From: an uncultured Solirubrobacterales bacterium | GTDB taxonomy: Bacteria; Actinomycetota; Thermoleophilia; Solirubrobacterales; JBBDJG01 | Reading direction: 5' to 3' | Length of the DNA: 64,000 nucleotides | Assembly: GCA_963785085.1 (NCBI GenBank) | Contig: CAWAUD010000007.1 | Span: 132,506 to 196,505 of the forward strand | Shown here: positions 31,067 to 42,800 of the stretch, one piece after another | Numbering within the stretch: the first letter of the stretch is position 1 | Layout: each line of letters starts with the position of its first letter | Made by a program: the position numbers and the translations under genes | Notes under the pieces: model-generated | Databases searched by the model: none | What the model was told of the DNA's origin: nothing | What the model saw: the letters and a program-made list of their open reading frames with translations, nothing else

Positions 31067-31107
31067 CCGGCCGTTGAGCCACGCCCGGGCCCGGCCGCCC
31101 GAGGCGC

Positions 31108-32419
31108 TCAGCGCGCCGCTCCGGCCGGCTCGGGTGAGCGTCCCCGGGGCCCGCGGATCAGTACCTCCGGGCGCTCGAGGCTCGCGGCTCCGGCCGCTGC
31201 CAGCAACCGCGCGGCCTTATGCTCGGTCTCGGCCCATTCCGCGGCGGGGTCCGAATCGGCCACGACCGCGCCGCCGGCGTGCAGGTGCAGGCGCCCGCGC
31301 TCGGCGACGAACGTCCTGATCGCGACCGACAGCTCGAGCCGCGGACCGGGCCCGAAGTGCCCGATGGCGCCGCAGTAGGGGCCACGCCGGACCGGCTCCA
31401 GCTCGTCGATCAGCTCGAGGGCGCGGATCTTGGGAGCGCCGGTCACCGAGCCCGGCGGGAACGTCGCCCGCACGACGTCCTGGACGGAGACCGACTCGTC
31501 GACCTCCGCTCGCACCTCGGAGACCAGGTGGTGCAGCCCCGGGTGGCGCTCCACGTCCCAGAGGCCGGTGACCTCGACGGTCCCGAACCGCGCCACGCGT
31601 CCGAGATCGTTCCGCGCCAGGTCCACGATCATCACGTTCTCGGCCTTGTCCTTCGCGCTGGCGCGCAGCTCACGGGCAAGCGCCTCGTCGAGCGCGGGGT
31701 CGGGGTTGCGCGGCCGCGTGCCCTTGATCGGCCGCGTCTCGAGGACCTTGCCGGTGCGCCGCAGGAACCGCTCCGGCGAGGCGGAGACCAGGTCTGCGCC
31801 GCCGAGCCGCACGAGCGCGGCGAACGGCGCCGGGCTTGACCGGCGCAGCCGCGAATACAGCGCGAACGGATCGTCGTCCCAGGCTGCGGAGAGGCGACGC
31901 GAGAGGTTCACCTGGAACACGTCTCCGGCGCGGATGTACTCGATGGCGCGCTCGACCGCGCTCTCGTATGCGTCACGCTCGAGGGAGCTGTCCCACCCGG
32001 CCACCGGTGTGTGCGGACCAGGCTGCTGGGCTTCGTCGCGCTGCTCGCGCGAGCGCCCGCTCGAGGTGCCGGGCGGAGCTGTCGCCGCAGAGGGTCACTC
32101 GCCGGGCGGCGTGGTCGAACTCGAGCCAGGCCTCGTAACGGCCGAGCGCCAGCGGCGGCAGGCCGGTGTCGTCGCCGGCGATCCGCGGGAGCCGCTCGAT
32201 CTGGCGCCCGAGGTCATATGAGAGCCATCCGGCCCACCATCCGTCGCCGGCAGAGTCCAGATCGGCGAGGCCGGTCGTGCGGACCTCGGACGGCGCGGCG
32301 GACAGGTAGGACCGGCGGCCGAGATCGCCGAAGCCGGGCCCGCTCTCGAGCAGCACCAGGCCGGGCTCGTCTCGCAGAGCCAGGGCGACGGACAGGGGCT
32401 CCCGCCACGACAGGGACAT
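31108..32419 (-). pseudogene. pabB: Aminodeoxychorismate synthase component I; frame break near 32020
   Basis: ORF 31973..32419 gives the N-terminal domain. ORF 31108..32004 gives 'DVFQVNLSRRL', 'SASPERFL', 'TRPIKGTRPR', 'AENVMIVDLARNDL', 'PPGSVTGAPKIRA', 'RGPYCGAIG'. Confidence 0.8.
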
Positions 32420-32426
32420 GCCCCGA

Positions 32427-33263
32427 TTATCCCGCAGCGATCAGGACGACTCCGGTCAGCGCCACCGCCACGCCGACCTGTGCCAGCCTGTGCGGGCGCT
32501 CGTGCAGGACGAGAGCCGCGAGTGTGACGGTAGTCAGCGGATACAGCGACGCCACCACCGAGACGAGGCTCACGAGTCCCTGTGTCGCGGCCAGCCCGAA
32601 GAGGAGGTTGGCGCCGACGTCCAGTGTCCCGACCAGGAGCAGAGCCGGCACGTCCCGGCGCCCGGCCCGCACGGGCGTCCGCAACGCCAGAGCCGCGGCG
32701 GTCAGAAGGGTCACGCCGGTGATCCGGTTGACCAGCAGCGCCCATCCGATGTCCGCGTCCACGGCGCGGTCGATCCCGACGAAGAAGAAGCCGAAGCCGA
32801 GTGCCGAGATCACGGCGAGGCCGGCGCCGCGGGCCGAGGGGCCCGAGATTGCCGCGCCCTCCTCGCGCGAGGCCAGCACCACGCCGCCCAGCGCGAGGAT
32901 GAGCCCGGCCATCTGGATCGCCGCCGGCCGGTCCCCCGTCGCCAGGCCGACCAGCACGGGCACCACCGCCGCGCACGCCGAGATCGGCGCGACCACGCCC
33001 ATGTTCCCCACGGCGAGCCCGCGGTAGAAGGCGGCCAGCCCGATCACGCCGGCGACCCCCGAGAGGGCGGCGAACACCGCGAAGTCGCCCCCGGGCGGCC
33101 CCTCGCCCCTGATCGCCACGAACAGCGCGGTCAGAGTCAGGCCCGTGAGCTGTGTCGCCACGAGCACGTTCAGCAGTGGCAGCGAGCGGCTCTTGAGGCC
33201 GCCGATGAAGTCCGCCGTTCCCCAGGCGACGCTGGAGGTCAGGCCAAGGGCGAGCGCGAACAT
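32427..33263 (-). CDS. EamA/DMT-family transporter
   Basis: Last 278 codons of ORF 32427..34388. Ten hydrophobic segments forming two EamA repeats. Start at ATG 33263. Confidence 0.8.
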   Translation of the reverse strand: MFALALGLTSSVAWGTADFIGGLKSRSLPLLNVLVATQLTGLTLTALFVAIRGEGPPGGDFAVFAALSGVAGVIGLAAFYRGLAVGNMGVVAPISACAAVVPVLVGLATGDRPAAIQMAGLILALGGVVLASREEGAAISGPSARGAGLAVISALGFGFFFVGIDRAVDADIGWALLVNRITGVTLLTAAALALRTPVRAGRRDVPALLLVGTLDVGANLLFGLAATQGLVSLVSVVASLYPLTTVTLAALVLHERPHRLAQVGVAVALTGVVLIAAG

Positions 33264-33350
33264 CCCCGAATAATTAGGCCCTTCGGGCCTCGCATGCTGG
33301 TGGCGTCGTCTGACGCCTCCACCCCGGACTAATTTAGGGTGTGCGCCTTC

Positions 33351-34283
33351 ATGAGCCTCGTAGTGGTCGGATCGATCGCCTTTGACGCCGTGCGCACGCC
33401 CTTTGGCGAGCGCGACCGGATGCTGGGCGGATCTGCCACCCACTTCTCGCTGGCGGCCAGCTTCTTCACCGACGTGCGCGTCGTCGGCCCGGTGGGTGAC
33501 GACTTCACAGAGGCGGAGTACGAGGTCCTGCGTGGCCGCGGCGTGAACACCGACGACATCGAGCACATCGCCGGCGGCAAGACGTTCTTCTGGCGCGGCC
33601 ACTACGACTACGACCTCAACACGGCTCACACCGACGACACGCAGCTGAACGTCTTCGGGGACTTCGAGCCGAAGCTCTCGGAGGATTCGCGCTCGAGCCG
33701 CGCACTGTTCCTCGCCAACATCCAGCCCCAGCTCCAGATCCAGGTGCGCGAGCAGTGCAACGGAGCCGGCCTGAGCGGCCTCGACTCGATGAACCTCTGG
33801 ATCGACACGGCGCGGGACGCGCTGCTCGCCGCGATCGGCTCCGTCGACGTCGTCCTGATGAACGACGCCGAGCTGCGGCAGCTGACGAAGGAGCCCAACC
33901 TGCTGCGCGCAGCGCGCAAGGTGATGGAGAACGGGCCTCGCATGGTCGTCGCCAAGCAGGGCGAATACGGCGCCGCCCTCTATACACCTGACGGATTCTT
34001 CGCCCTCCCCGCCTATCCCCTGGAGGACGTCCGCGACCCGACCGGCGCGGGCGACAGCTTCGCCGGAGGCTTCCTCGGCTACCTCGACGCGCGCCACGAC
34101 CAGGAGCTGAGCGAGCCCATCCTGCGCCGCGCGATGGCCTACGGATCCGTGATGGCCTCGTTCAACGTGGAAGAGTTCGGCACCGAGCGGGTGCAGCGCC
34201 TGACGCACGAAGAGGTGAACGACCGCTTCGAGGAGTTCCGCCGCATGACACACCTGGAGGGCGCACCCATCGCGGCGCGGTAG
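33351..34283 (+). CDS. PfkB-family carbohydrate/nucleoside kinase
   Basis: 'SLVVVGSIAFDAV', 'VVLMNDAELRQL', 'DPTGAGDSFAGGFLGYL' (PfkB signature 2). Confidence 0.8.
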   Translation: MSLVVVGSIAFDAVRTPFGERDRMLGGSATHFSLAASFFTDVRVVGPVGDDFTEAEYEVLRGRGVNTDDIEHIAGGKTFFWRGHYDYDLNTAHTDDTQLNVFGDFEPKLSEDSRSSRALFLANIQPQLQIQVREQCNGAGLSGLDSMNLWIDTARDALLAAIGSVDVVLMNDAELRQLTKEPNLLRAARKVMENGPRMVVAKQGEYGAALYTPDGFFALPAYPLEDVRDPTGAGDSFAGGFLGYLDARHDQELSEPILRRAMAYGSVMASFNVEEFGTERVQRLTHEEVNDRFEEFRRMTHLEGAPIAAR

Positions 34284-34293
34284 GCTTTGCCCG

Positions 34294-35631
<1,338 letters not shown>

Positions 35632-35643
35632 GCGGTGGAGTTC

Positions 35644-35678
35644 TGCGGTCTGCCGTCTCCGGTCTCCGGTCTCCGGTC
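35644..35678 (-). repeat. Heptamer array; on the minus strand it reads TAG-ACCGGA (GACCGGA)2 GACGGCA GACCGCA from the gdh stop codon
   Basis: Plus strand reads TGCGGTC TGCCGTC (TCCGGTC)3. It fills most of the 46-nt spacer between the convergent gltA and gdh genes. Confidence 0.9.
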
Positions 35679-37000
35679 TAGATATACCCGCGCGTTTGCG
35701 CTGCCTCGACCACCCGGTTGATTCCCACCTCGTAGGCCGCCTGGCGCATCGTGAGGTCGCGCTCGCGGGCCAGGGCGTCGACCTCGCGGAAGGCGCGGCG
35801 CATGATCGTGCCGAGCTTGTCGTTGATCTCGCGCTCCTCCCAGCGGAAGTGCTGCATGTTCTGCACCCACTCGAAGTAGGAGACGACCACGCCGCCGGCG
35901 TTCGCCATCACGTCGGGGATCACGTAGATCCCGCGCTCGTTCAGCATGTCGTCGGCGCCGGGCGTGGTCGGGCTGTTTGCGCCCTCGAGCAGCATCCGGC
36001 ACTGGAGCTTGTCGACGTTCCCCTCGTGGATCATTCCCCCCAGCGCGGCGGGCAGGAATACGTCGCAGGGGATCTCCATGAGCTCGTCGGCGCTGATGGC
36101 CTCGGTACCGGGGAACTCCGGCAGCCGCCCGCCCTCCTGGATGAACTCCGCCAGCTTGTTCGTGTCGATGCCGGCGTCGCTGCGGATCGCGCCGTGCTGG
36201 TCCGAGACGCCGATGATCGTGACGCCGAGCTGCTGCAGGATGCGCGCCGCCCAAGCTCCGACGTTGCCGAATCCCTGGACGACGGCGGTGCAGTCCGGAG
36301 GTGAGAGCCCGATCTTCGGAGCGGCCTCGCGGAACATGAACACGAGTCCCCGCCCGGTCGCCGACTCGCGCCCGTAGGAGCCTTCGAGGGAGATCGGCTT
36401 GCCGGTGACGATCGCCGGCGTGTTGCCGTTGAGGCGGCCGTACTCGTCCATCAGCCACGCCATCACCTGCGCGTTGGTGTTGACGTCGGGCGCCATGATG
36501 TCGCGGTTCGGCCCGAGGATCTTGTGGATCTTGCTCATGAAGGAGCGGGTGATCTTCTGCAGCTCGTCCTTGCCGATCTTGTCGCCCGGGCAGTCGACAC
36601 CGCCCTTCGCGCCGCCGTAGGGGATACCGACGATCGCGGTCTTCCAGGTCATCAGCATCGCGAGCGCCCGCACGGAGTCCAGGTCGACCTCCGGGTGGTA
36701 GCGCAGGCCACCCTTGTATGGACCGCGCGCGCCGTTGTGCTGCACGCGGTACCCGGAGAAGACGTGGATCTTCCCGTCCGGGAACCGGACCGGGATCTGC
36801 ACGCGGATCTCGCGATAGGAGGTGCGGAGAACCTCGCGCACGTCGTCGGGAATGCCGCCCCGCTCGCAGACGTCGTCGAAGTAGTGCTGGACGATCTCGA
36901 TGTCCGAGACCGCCGAGCGGCCCCCTGCGCCGTTGGCGGCTGCCGCCGCGGCCGGGGCCTCGCCGCCGCCCACGCGCTGTCCTGTCCTCAGCTCCGCCAC
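35678..37000 (-). CDS. gdhA: NAD(P)-specific glutamate dehydrogenase
   Basis: 'GYRVQHNGARGPYKGGLRYHP', 'KTAIVGIPYGGAKGGV', 'VVQGFGNVGAWAA'. ORF 35678..37252 runs over the tRNA, so the start is set at GTG 37000, preceded by GGGAGG. Confidence 0.9.
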   Translation of the reverse strand: MAELRTGQRVGGGEAPAAAAAANGAGGRSAVSDIEIVQHYFDDVCERGGIPDDVREVLRTSYREIRVQIPVRFPDGKIHVFSGYRVQHNGARGPYKGGLRYHPEVDLDSVRALAMLMTWKTAIVGIPYGGAKGGVDCPGDKIGKDELQKITRSFMSKIHKILGPNRDIMAPDVNTNAQVMAWLMDEYGRLNGNTPAIVTGKPISLEGSYGRESATGRGLVFMFREAAPKIGLSPPDCTAVVQGFGNVGAWAARILQQLGVTIIGVSDQHGAIRSDAGIDTNKLAEFIQEGGRLPEFPGTEAISADELMEIPCDVFLPAALGGMIHEGNVDKLQCRMLLEGANSPTTPGADDMLNERGIYVIPDVMANAGGVVVSYFEWVQNMQHFRWEEREINDKLGTIMRRAFREVDALARERDLTMRQAAYEVGINRVVEAAQTRGYI

Positions 37001-37065
37001 GTTCCTCCCGCGGCCAGTCTCCCACAGATCCAGGGATGTGGAAGGGAATCCGACACGGAAAGAGA

Positions 37066-37138
37066 TGGAGCATGCCGGGCTCGAACCGGCGACCTCCGCG
37101 TTGCAAACGCGGCGCTCTCCCAACTGAGCTAATGCCCC
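37066..37138 (-). tRNA. tRNA-Ala (anticodon UGC)
   Basis: Minus strand reads GGGGCATTAGCTCAGTTGGGAGAGCGCCGCGTTTGCAACGCGGAGGTCGCCGGTTCGAGCCCGGCATGCTCCA. Cloverleaf fits, the G3:U70 identity pair is present, the anticodon loop is TTTGCAA, and no CCA is encoded. Confidence 0.93.
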
Positions 37139-37226
37139 GTGCGTCGATTCTAGGGCTAGCCCCTCCCCGAGCCGGATGGCGAACTGAACTAGAGTCCAAC
37201 TCGTCCATCCGACAGCAGGGGGAGAG

Positions 37227-37985
37227 ATGAGCGCGACCACGACGCTGAGCACCGAGCAGCGCCAGAAGTTCGACCGCGACGGCTATCTGGTCCTCGAGGA
37301 CATCGGGGTGTCCGAGGACGTGATCGATTCGATCGTCAGCGATCTGGACGGCATGTACCGGGACGACATCGAGCTGTACACCGACGAGCACGGGGTCGTC
37401 TACGGAGTCGGGCGGATCCTGCAGGCATTCCTGGTCAACGAGAACATCAAGCGCCTCGCGCTCAACCCGTCGGTGCTCTCGGCGCTCCAGGAGCTCTACG
37501 GCCGCAAGCCGCTTCCGTTTCAGACGATCAACTTCCCGCGCGGCACGCAGCAGGCTCCGCACTCCGACACGATCCACTTCAACTCGGACCCGCCCGGTCT
37601 CATGGCCGGCGTGTGGGTGGCGTTCGAGGACATCGACATGGACAACGGGCCGCTCGTGTACTACCCGGGCAGCCACAAGCTCCCTGAGCTGCGCATGCAG
37701 GACCTCGGCCTTGCTCCGGGCGGGGAGCACTATCCCGAGTACGAGGCAAAGCTGACCGAGTACGTCCAGGAGAAGGGGCTCGAGCCGGAATACGGCACGA
37801 TCGCCAAGGGCCAAACCCTGATCTGGCATGCCAACCTGCTCCACGGCGGCGCCCCCCAGCGCGACATGTCACGCACGCGCAACAGCCAGGTGACGCACTA
37901 CTTCTTCGAGGGCTGCCGGTACTGGACGCCGCTGCTGAGCGACGACGAGCACACGCAGTGGCGCGATCCCCAGTGGATCGAGTAG
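37227..37985 (+). CDS. Phytanoyl-CoA dioxygenase (PhyH) family Fe(II)/2-oxoglutarate oxygenase
   Basis: 'QRQKFDRDGYLVLEDI', 'QAPHSDTIHF' (HxD), 'GPLVYYPGSHKL', 'LIWHANLLHGG'. Confidence 0.78.
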   Translation: MSATTTLSTEQRQKFDRDGYLVLEDIGVSEDVIDSIVSDLDGMYRDDIELYTDEHGVVYGVGRILQAFLVNENIKRLALNPSVLSALQELYGRKPLPFQTINFPRGTQQAPHSDTIHFNSDPPGLMAGVWVAFEDIDMDNGPLVYYPGSHKLPELRMQDLGLAPGGEHYPEYEAKLTEYVQEKGLEPEYGTIAKGQTLIWHANLLHGGAPQRDMSRTRNSQVTHYFFEGCRYWTPLLSDDEHTQWRDPQWIE

Positions 37986-38020
37986 CGCTGCCGGCGGCGC
38001 GAGCGACGCGGCAGGACAGG

Positions 38021-38161
38021 GCAGGCAGGGAGGTCGTGCCGTTTCGTGCGTCATCGGTGCGTCTCCCACGCACTTCGTGACGCTTGCGGCACCGCTTCGC
38101 ACCCGCCGGTGGACGTGGCGTGACTTGAGCCCGTTATACGGGTCGAAGTGACACCACGTCC
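38021..38161 (+). other. Leader-like module, copy B: GCAGGCAGGGAGG box, GTG 38046, 25-codon sORF 'MRHRCVSHALRDACGTASHPPVDVA' (stop 38121-38123), long hairpin 38111-38161
   Basis: Aligns to copies A and C. The imperfect 19-bp outer stem GGACGTGGCGTGACTTGAG / TCGAAGTGACACCACGTCC encloses CCCG-TTATA-CGGG. The sORF stop lies in the 5' arm. Confidence 0.35.
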
Positions 38162-38328
38162 GGGCGCCTCCGGCTGCGTGCTGTCGGGGCCGATCCGCTC
38201 CTAAACCGCATATTTGCAGGGCTTTTCTGATCCCTGGCGATCGGGGTCAGGCGGCGCGTGCGCCGCTATAGTGGGCAGCAGTGGATTGGTGGCGCGGAGC
38301 GCCTGGCGACAAGGATGGGCAACACCTG

Positions 38329-39334
38329 ATGGCCATCGTCGGACCTCCTCGACGGGCAACGCAACTCGCCGCAATGGCGGCAACGATCACCGGGATCGCG
38401 GTCCTCGGCCTCTGCACGCCGGCGAACGCCGCGTCGCCGTCGTTCGACTACAGCCCTCAGCCGGCGCTGACGGGCCTCGAAATCACGTTCGAGTCCCACG
38501 ATGCCACCGGGCAGATCGACTGGGACTTCAACGGTGACGGAGTGGTCGACGCGACCGGCGCCAACCCTACTTTCACGTACATGCGGCCGGGCGTCGTACC
38601 ACGTAAAGATGTTCGCGGGCGCCGACCCCGCGGTCGAGCAGGACGTGATCGTCGGGCAGCTGCTGGCCCCGTTCGTCACGTTCCCCGCGGCTCCGCTCGC
38701 CGGGCAGGACGTCCTGCTGGTGTACGGAGGCCAGAGCAACCAGACGGTGCCGATCGAGCGCTACGACTGGGAGCTGGACGGCGACAACGACTTCAACGAC
38801 GCCAGCGGGATCGTGCTGCACCGGACCTTCCCCCTCCCGGGTGACTACCTCGTCGGGCTCAAGGTGACCGACAAGGAGGGCGCCTTCGGCAGCGAGTTTC
38901 GCGAGATCCACGTCCGCTCCGCCATCATCGGGCCGCCCATATCGCTGCGCCTGCTGAACCCCTTCCCGATCATCCGCATCACGGGCCGGGTCACGAAGGC
39001 GGGGGCGCACATCCGGCGGCTGACCGCTCAGGCCCCGATCGGCGCGCAGGTGACGGTCCTGTGCCGCGGCAGGGGCTGCCCGTTCAAGACCTCCACCAGA
39101 GTCGCCCGCCGGTCCAAGAAAGGGTCGTCCACGTCCACCACGGCAATGGTGCGCTTCCGCAAGATGGAGCGCCGGCTGCTGCGCGGCGGCTCGAAGGTCA
39201 CGGTCTCGGTCACTCGCCCGGGCTGGATCGGGAAATACACGCAGTGGACGATCCGCAAGTCCAAGCCGCCGAAGCGCCGCGATCTCTGCCTGACCCCGGG
39301 GGCGCCCTCGCCGGCCGCCTGCCCGACCTCGTGA
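38329..39334 (+). pseudogene. Secreted PKD-domain protein; frame break near 38592
   Basis: Signal 'ATQLAAMAATITGIAVLGLCTPANA'. PKD-like 'FDYSPQPALTGLEITFESHD..WDFNGDGVVDATGANPTFTYMRPG' continues as 'SYHVKMFAG' in the frame of ORF 38501..39334. A second PKD reads 'WELDGDNDFNDASGIVLHRTFPLPGDYLVGLKVTDKEG'. Confidence 0.7.
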
Positions 39335-39792
39335 ACCGGCTTTCGTGGAACGAGTACCCCGTGATGGCCGCTGTCGCGGCCGTTGCCGGCATCGCCATTT
39401 TCCTGCTGCTCCAGACCCTCGGTGGCGGACCGGCAGGCGAGCAGCCGCTGAGGCGGGCCGAGCCGGCGAGCGCCACCGTCGCTTCCCCGCCGCTGCCCTC
39501 CCAGGTCGAGGCCGCCCGCCAGGACCGCGCCCACCAGCGGGCGGTGGCAAAGCGCCGGGCCAGGGCGCGGGCGCGCCGCGCCGCCGCGGCAGCCGCAGCC
39601 GTGCCCGCGGCAACGCCGCGCGACTACTCGGCCGGGAACACCGAATCGCAGCAGCCATATGACAGTGGCCGGCAGCAGAGCACCGGCCAGCAGCAGCAGC
39701 CGGCGCCGAACCTCAACCCGGCGCCGACGCCCAAGTCGAAGCCGAAGCAACCCGCGCGCAGCCCCGGCCGCAGCTTCGACGACTCGGGCTGA
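39331..39792 (+). CDS. Hypothetical single-pass membrane protein with Arg/Ala- and Gln/Pro-rich tail
   Basis: In-frame tail of ORF 39061..39792. GTG 39331 overlaps the PKD stop (GTGA). TM helix 'VMAAVAAVAGIAIFLLLQTL'. The rest is low complexity. Confidence 0.45.
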   Translation: MNRLSWNEYPVMAAVAAVAGIAIFLLLQTLGGGPAGEQPLRRAEPASATVASPPLPSQVEAARQDRAHQRAVAKRRARARARRAAAAAAAVPAATPRDYSAGNTESQQPYDSGRQQSTGQQQQPAPNLNPAPTPKSKPKQPARSPGRSFDDSG

Positions 39793-39858
39793 CTCGCCGT
39801 CAGACTGGTCCAGGGACCTTAAGTCCGGGGGCTGCGCAGCCGATGCAAGCCACCGAAG

Positions 39859-42800
39859 ATGGATCTTCGCACGCGCATTCGTCCGTGGGCAGCTCGCCTG
39901 CTCGTCCTCGCCTGCGCGGTCGTGGCCCCGGCCGCGGTCGCGACGCCGTCTGCCCTCGCCGCCTTCAGCTTTCAGGCGAAATGGGGTGACCCGGGCGCCG
40001 GCGACGGCCAGCTGAGCAACCCCACCGGCCTCGACGTCGACGAGCTCGACGACGTCTACGTCGCCGACTTCGGCAACAACCGCATCCAGAAGTTCAGCTC
40101 CGACGGTGACCCTCTCGGCCTCCCCTGGGGGAGCACGGGCTCGGCCGGCGGCCAGTTCGTGAACCCCTACGACGTCGCCGTAGACGGCTCCGGAAACGTG
40201 TTCGTCGCGGACGGCGGAAACAACCGCGTGCAGGTATTCACGACGTCCGGCGGCTTGATCGGCGAGTTCGGCACGACCTGCCCTTCGCCCGACCCCGCCC
40301 AATGTGGGCCGGGAGAGTTCAACATCCCGACCGCGCTCGCAATCGACGGGTCCGGCAACGTGCTGGTCGCTGACTGGGGCAACAACCGGATCCAGAAGTT
40401 CCAGCCGGATGGCACGTTCCTCGACGAATGGGGAACCCCCGGCACTGGCGACGGCCAGTTCCAGAACCCCGCTGGAATCGAGGTCGACAGCACGGGCAAC
40501 ATCTACGTCGCGGACTACAACAACCACCGCGTCCAGAAGTTCGACTCCGCAGGCGGCTACCTCGGCCAGTGGGGCACTGAGGGCACGGCCAACGGCGAGT
40601 TCCAGAACCCGACCGGGATCAGCACGGACGGGTTCGACAACGTCTTCGTGGTGGACTCCCACAACAACCGTGTCCAGGAGTTCAACTCCGCGGGCACCTT
40701 CATCGCCAAGTTCGGCACCAGCGGCACCGGAAGCGGGCAGATGTCCGCACCCTGGGGCATCGCAGACGGCTCGCTGTCCACGCTCTTCGTGAGCGACTCG
40801 GGCAACAACCGCATCGAGCGCTTTGGCGACACGCTCGCCGGCGGCACGGTCCGCAAGAGCGGGTCGCGCCTGGTCTTCCAGGCACGCGCCGGGAAGGCCA
40901 ACAACGTCACGGTCACGCAGGCGGGCAGCATCTTCACCTTCACCGACACCGCCGACGCAGTGCTGGCCGGTGCTGGGTGCTCCATCACCGGCCCGACCAG
41001 CGCCACGTGCGCAGCGGCCGGCGTCAGCTCCATGCGGCTCAAGCTCGACGACATGGACGACACCGCGGTCAACACGACCTCCACCCCCGCGACGCTCGAC
41101 GGCGGGCTGGGCGACGATCACCTGACGGGCGGCAGCGACGACGACATCCTGATCGGTGACCTCGGCGACGACGCGCTCGGCGGCGGCGGAGGCCTCGGCG
41201 ATACGGCCAGCTACGCCGGCGCCCCCTCCGCGGTGACGGTCAGCCTCAGCGTCCCCGGCTCTCAGGACACCGGAGGCGCCGGCTCGGACACCCTGACCGG
41301 CGTGGAGAACCTGACCGGCTCCTCACAGGGCGACACGCTGACCGGCGACGCAGGAGACAACGTCCTCGACGGCGCGAGCGGCTCCGACACGCTGCGCGGC
41401 AACACCGGCAACGACACGCTCACCGGCGGGCAGGGCACGGCGGACCTCGCCACCTACGCGGGCGCCGCAAGTGCGGTCGACGTCGACCTCTCGGACACCA
41501 CCTCGCAGGCGACCGGCGGCGCGGGCAGCGACACGCTTTCGGGCGTCGAGGACCTGACCGGCTCCTCGCACGACGACATCCTCTCCGGCGACGGCGGATC
41601 GAACACTCTTGACGGAGCTGCGGGCAACGACCGGCTGTTCGGCGGCCAGGGCAGCGACGTGCTCGACGGCAGCGTCGGCACCGCGGACATCGTGACCTTC
41701 GCGGGCTCGAGCACCCCGATCACCGCGAATCTGACCGTCTCGGGAGCCCAGGCGACCGGAGCAGGATCGGACACCCTTGCAGCCGTCGAGGGGCTCACGG
41801 GCGGCTCGCAGAACGACACGCTGACCGGCGACGACGGCCCCAACCCGCTGAACGGCGGCCCGGGCGACGACACGCTGGCGGGAGGGCTCGGCGACGACAC
41901 CCTCACCGGCGGCTCGGGAGCGCACGACGTGGCCAACTACGCATCGGCTCCGGACGCGGTGACGGTCGACCTCTCGATCCTCACGCCTCAGGACACTGTC
42001 TCAGCCGGGACCGATACCCTCGCGACGGTCGAGGGTCTGCGTCGGCTCCGACGGGGACGACACGCTCGCCGGCGACGGCGGGTCCAACAGCCTGGACGGA
42101 GTGCTCGGCGACGACCTGCTGCGCGGCAACGGCGGCGACGACACCATCGACGGAGGAGCCGGCGAGGACACGGCCGACTACTCGACCGCCCCTTCGGGCG
42201 TGGCCGTGGACCTGTCCCGGCAGGGTGCCCAGCCCACGGGGGGCGCCGGCTCGGACTCGCTGGCCGCGATTCAGAACCTGATCGGCAGCCCACACGCCGA
42301 CACGCTCGTATCCGGGCCCGGATCGAACGTCATCGACGCCGGAGATGGAGACGACATCGTCCAGACGGTGGACAGCGACGCCGACGAGGCGATCTGCGGC
42401 GCGGGCAACGACTCTGCGAACGCCGACACCCTCGACTCCGTCGACCCGGACTGCGAGACCGTCACGCTCAGCACGCCCGGTGGTGGCGGTGGCGGTGGTG
42501 GTGGAGGCGGAGGCGGGAGCCCCGCCCCGGGCCCGCCGGACCGGACCGCTCCTTCGTTCTCGGGCCTCAGGGTGCCGAGCATGCGCGCCGGCGTGGGCGC
42601 GGCGATCACCTTCATCTCATCCGAGCCCGGACGGATCACGCTCAAGTTCGAGCGGGTCCAGATCGGCCGGCGCGTGCGCAGCAAGTGCGTGCGCGCGACG
42701 AAGCGCAACAAGACGAAGCCCACCTGCCGTCGTTATCTGAACGCCGGCACGCTCACCGCGACGATTGCAGCCGCCGGGCAGGGGGCGCTCATGTTCCCGG

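Noticed and set aside
38161-38215. Possible c-di-GMP-I (GEMM) riboswitch upstream of the PKD/NHL cluster (GCCTCCGGC ... CCTAAACC)
   Set aside because: Only two short words resemble the GEMM-I core, and they are separated by about 30 extra nt. The GGCAAACC/GGGACGCAAAGCC elements and the paired P1/P2 architecture are not visible. This would need cmsearch to revisit.
42479-42517. 39-nt GGN run (Gly13) in the NHL/RTX gene as a slippage or phase-variation tract
   Set aside because: It is a mixed GGT/GGC/GGA/GGG codon run with a 3-nt period, so it keeps the frame. It most plausibly encodes a flexible spacer, and the gene's frame break is elsewhere (about 42040).
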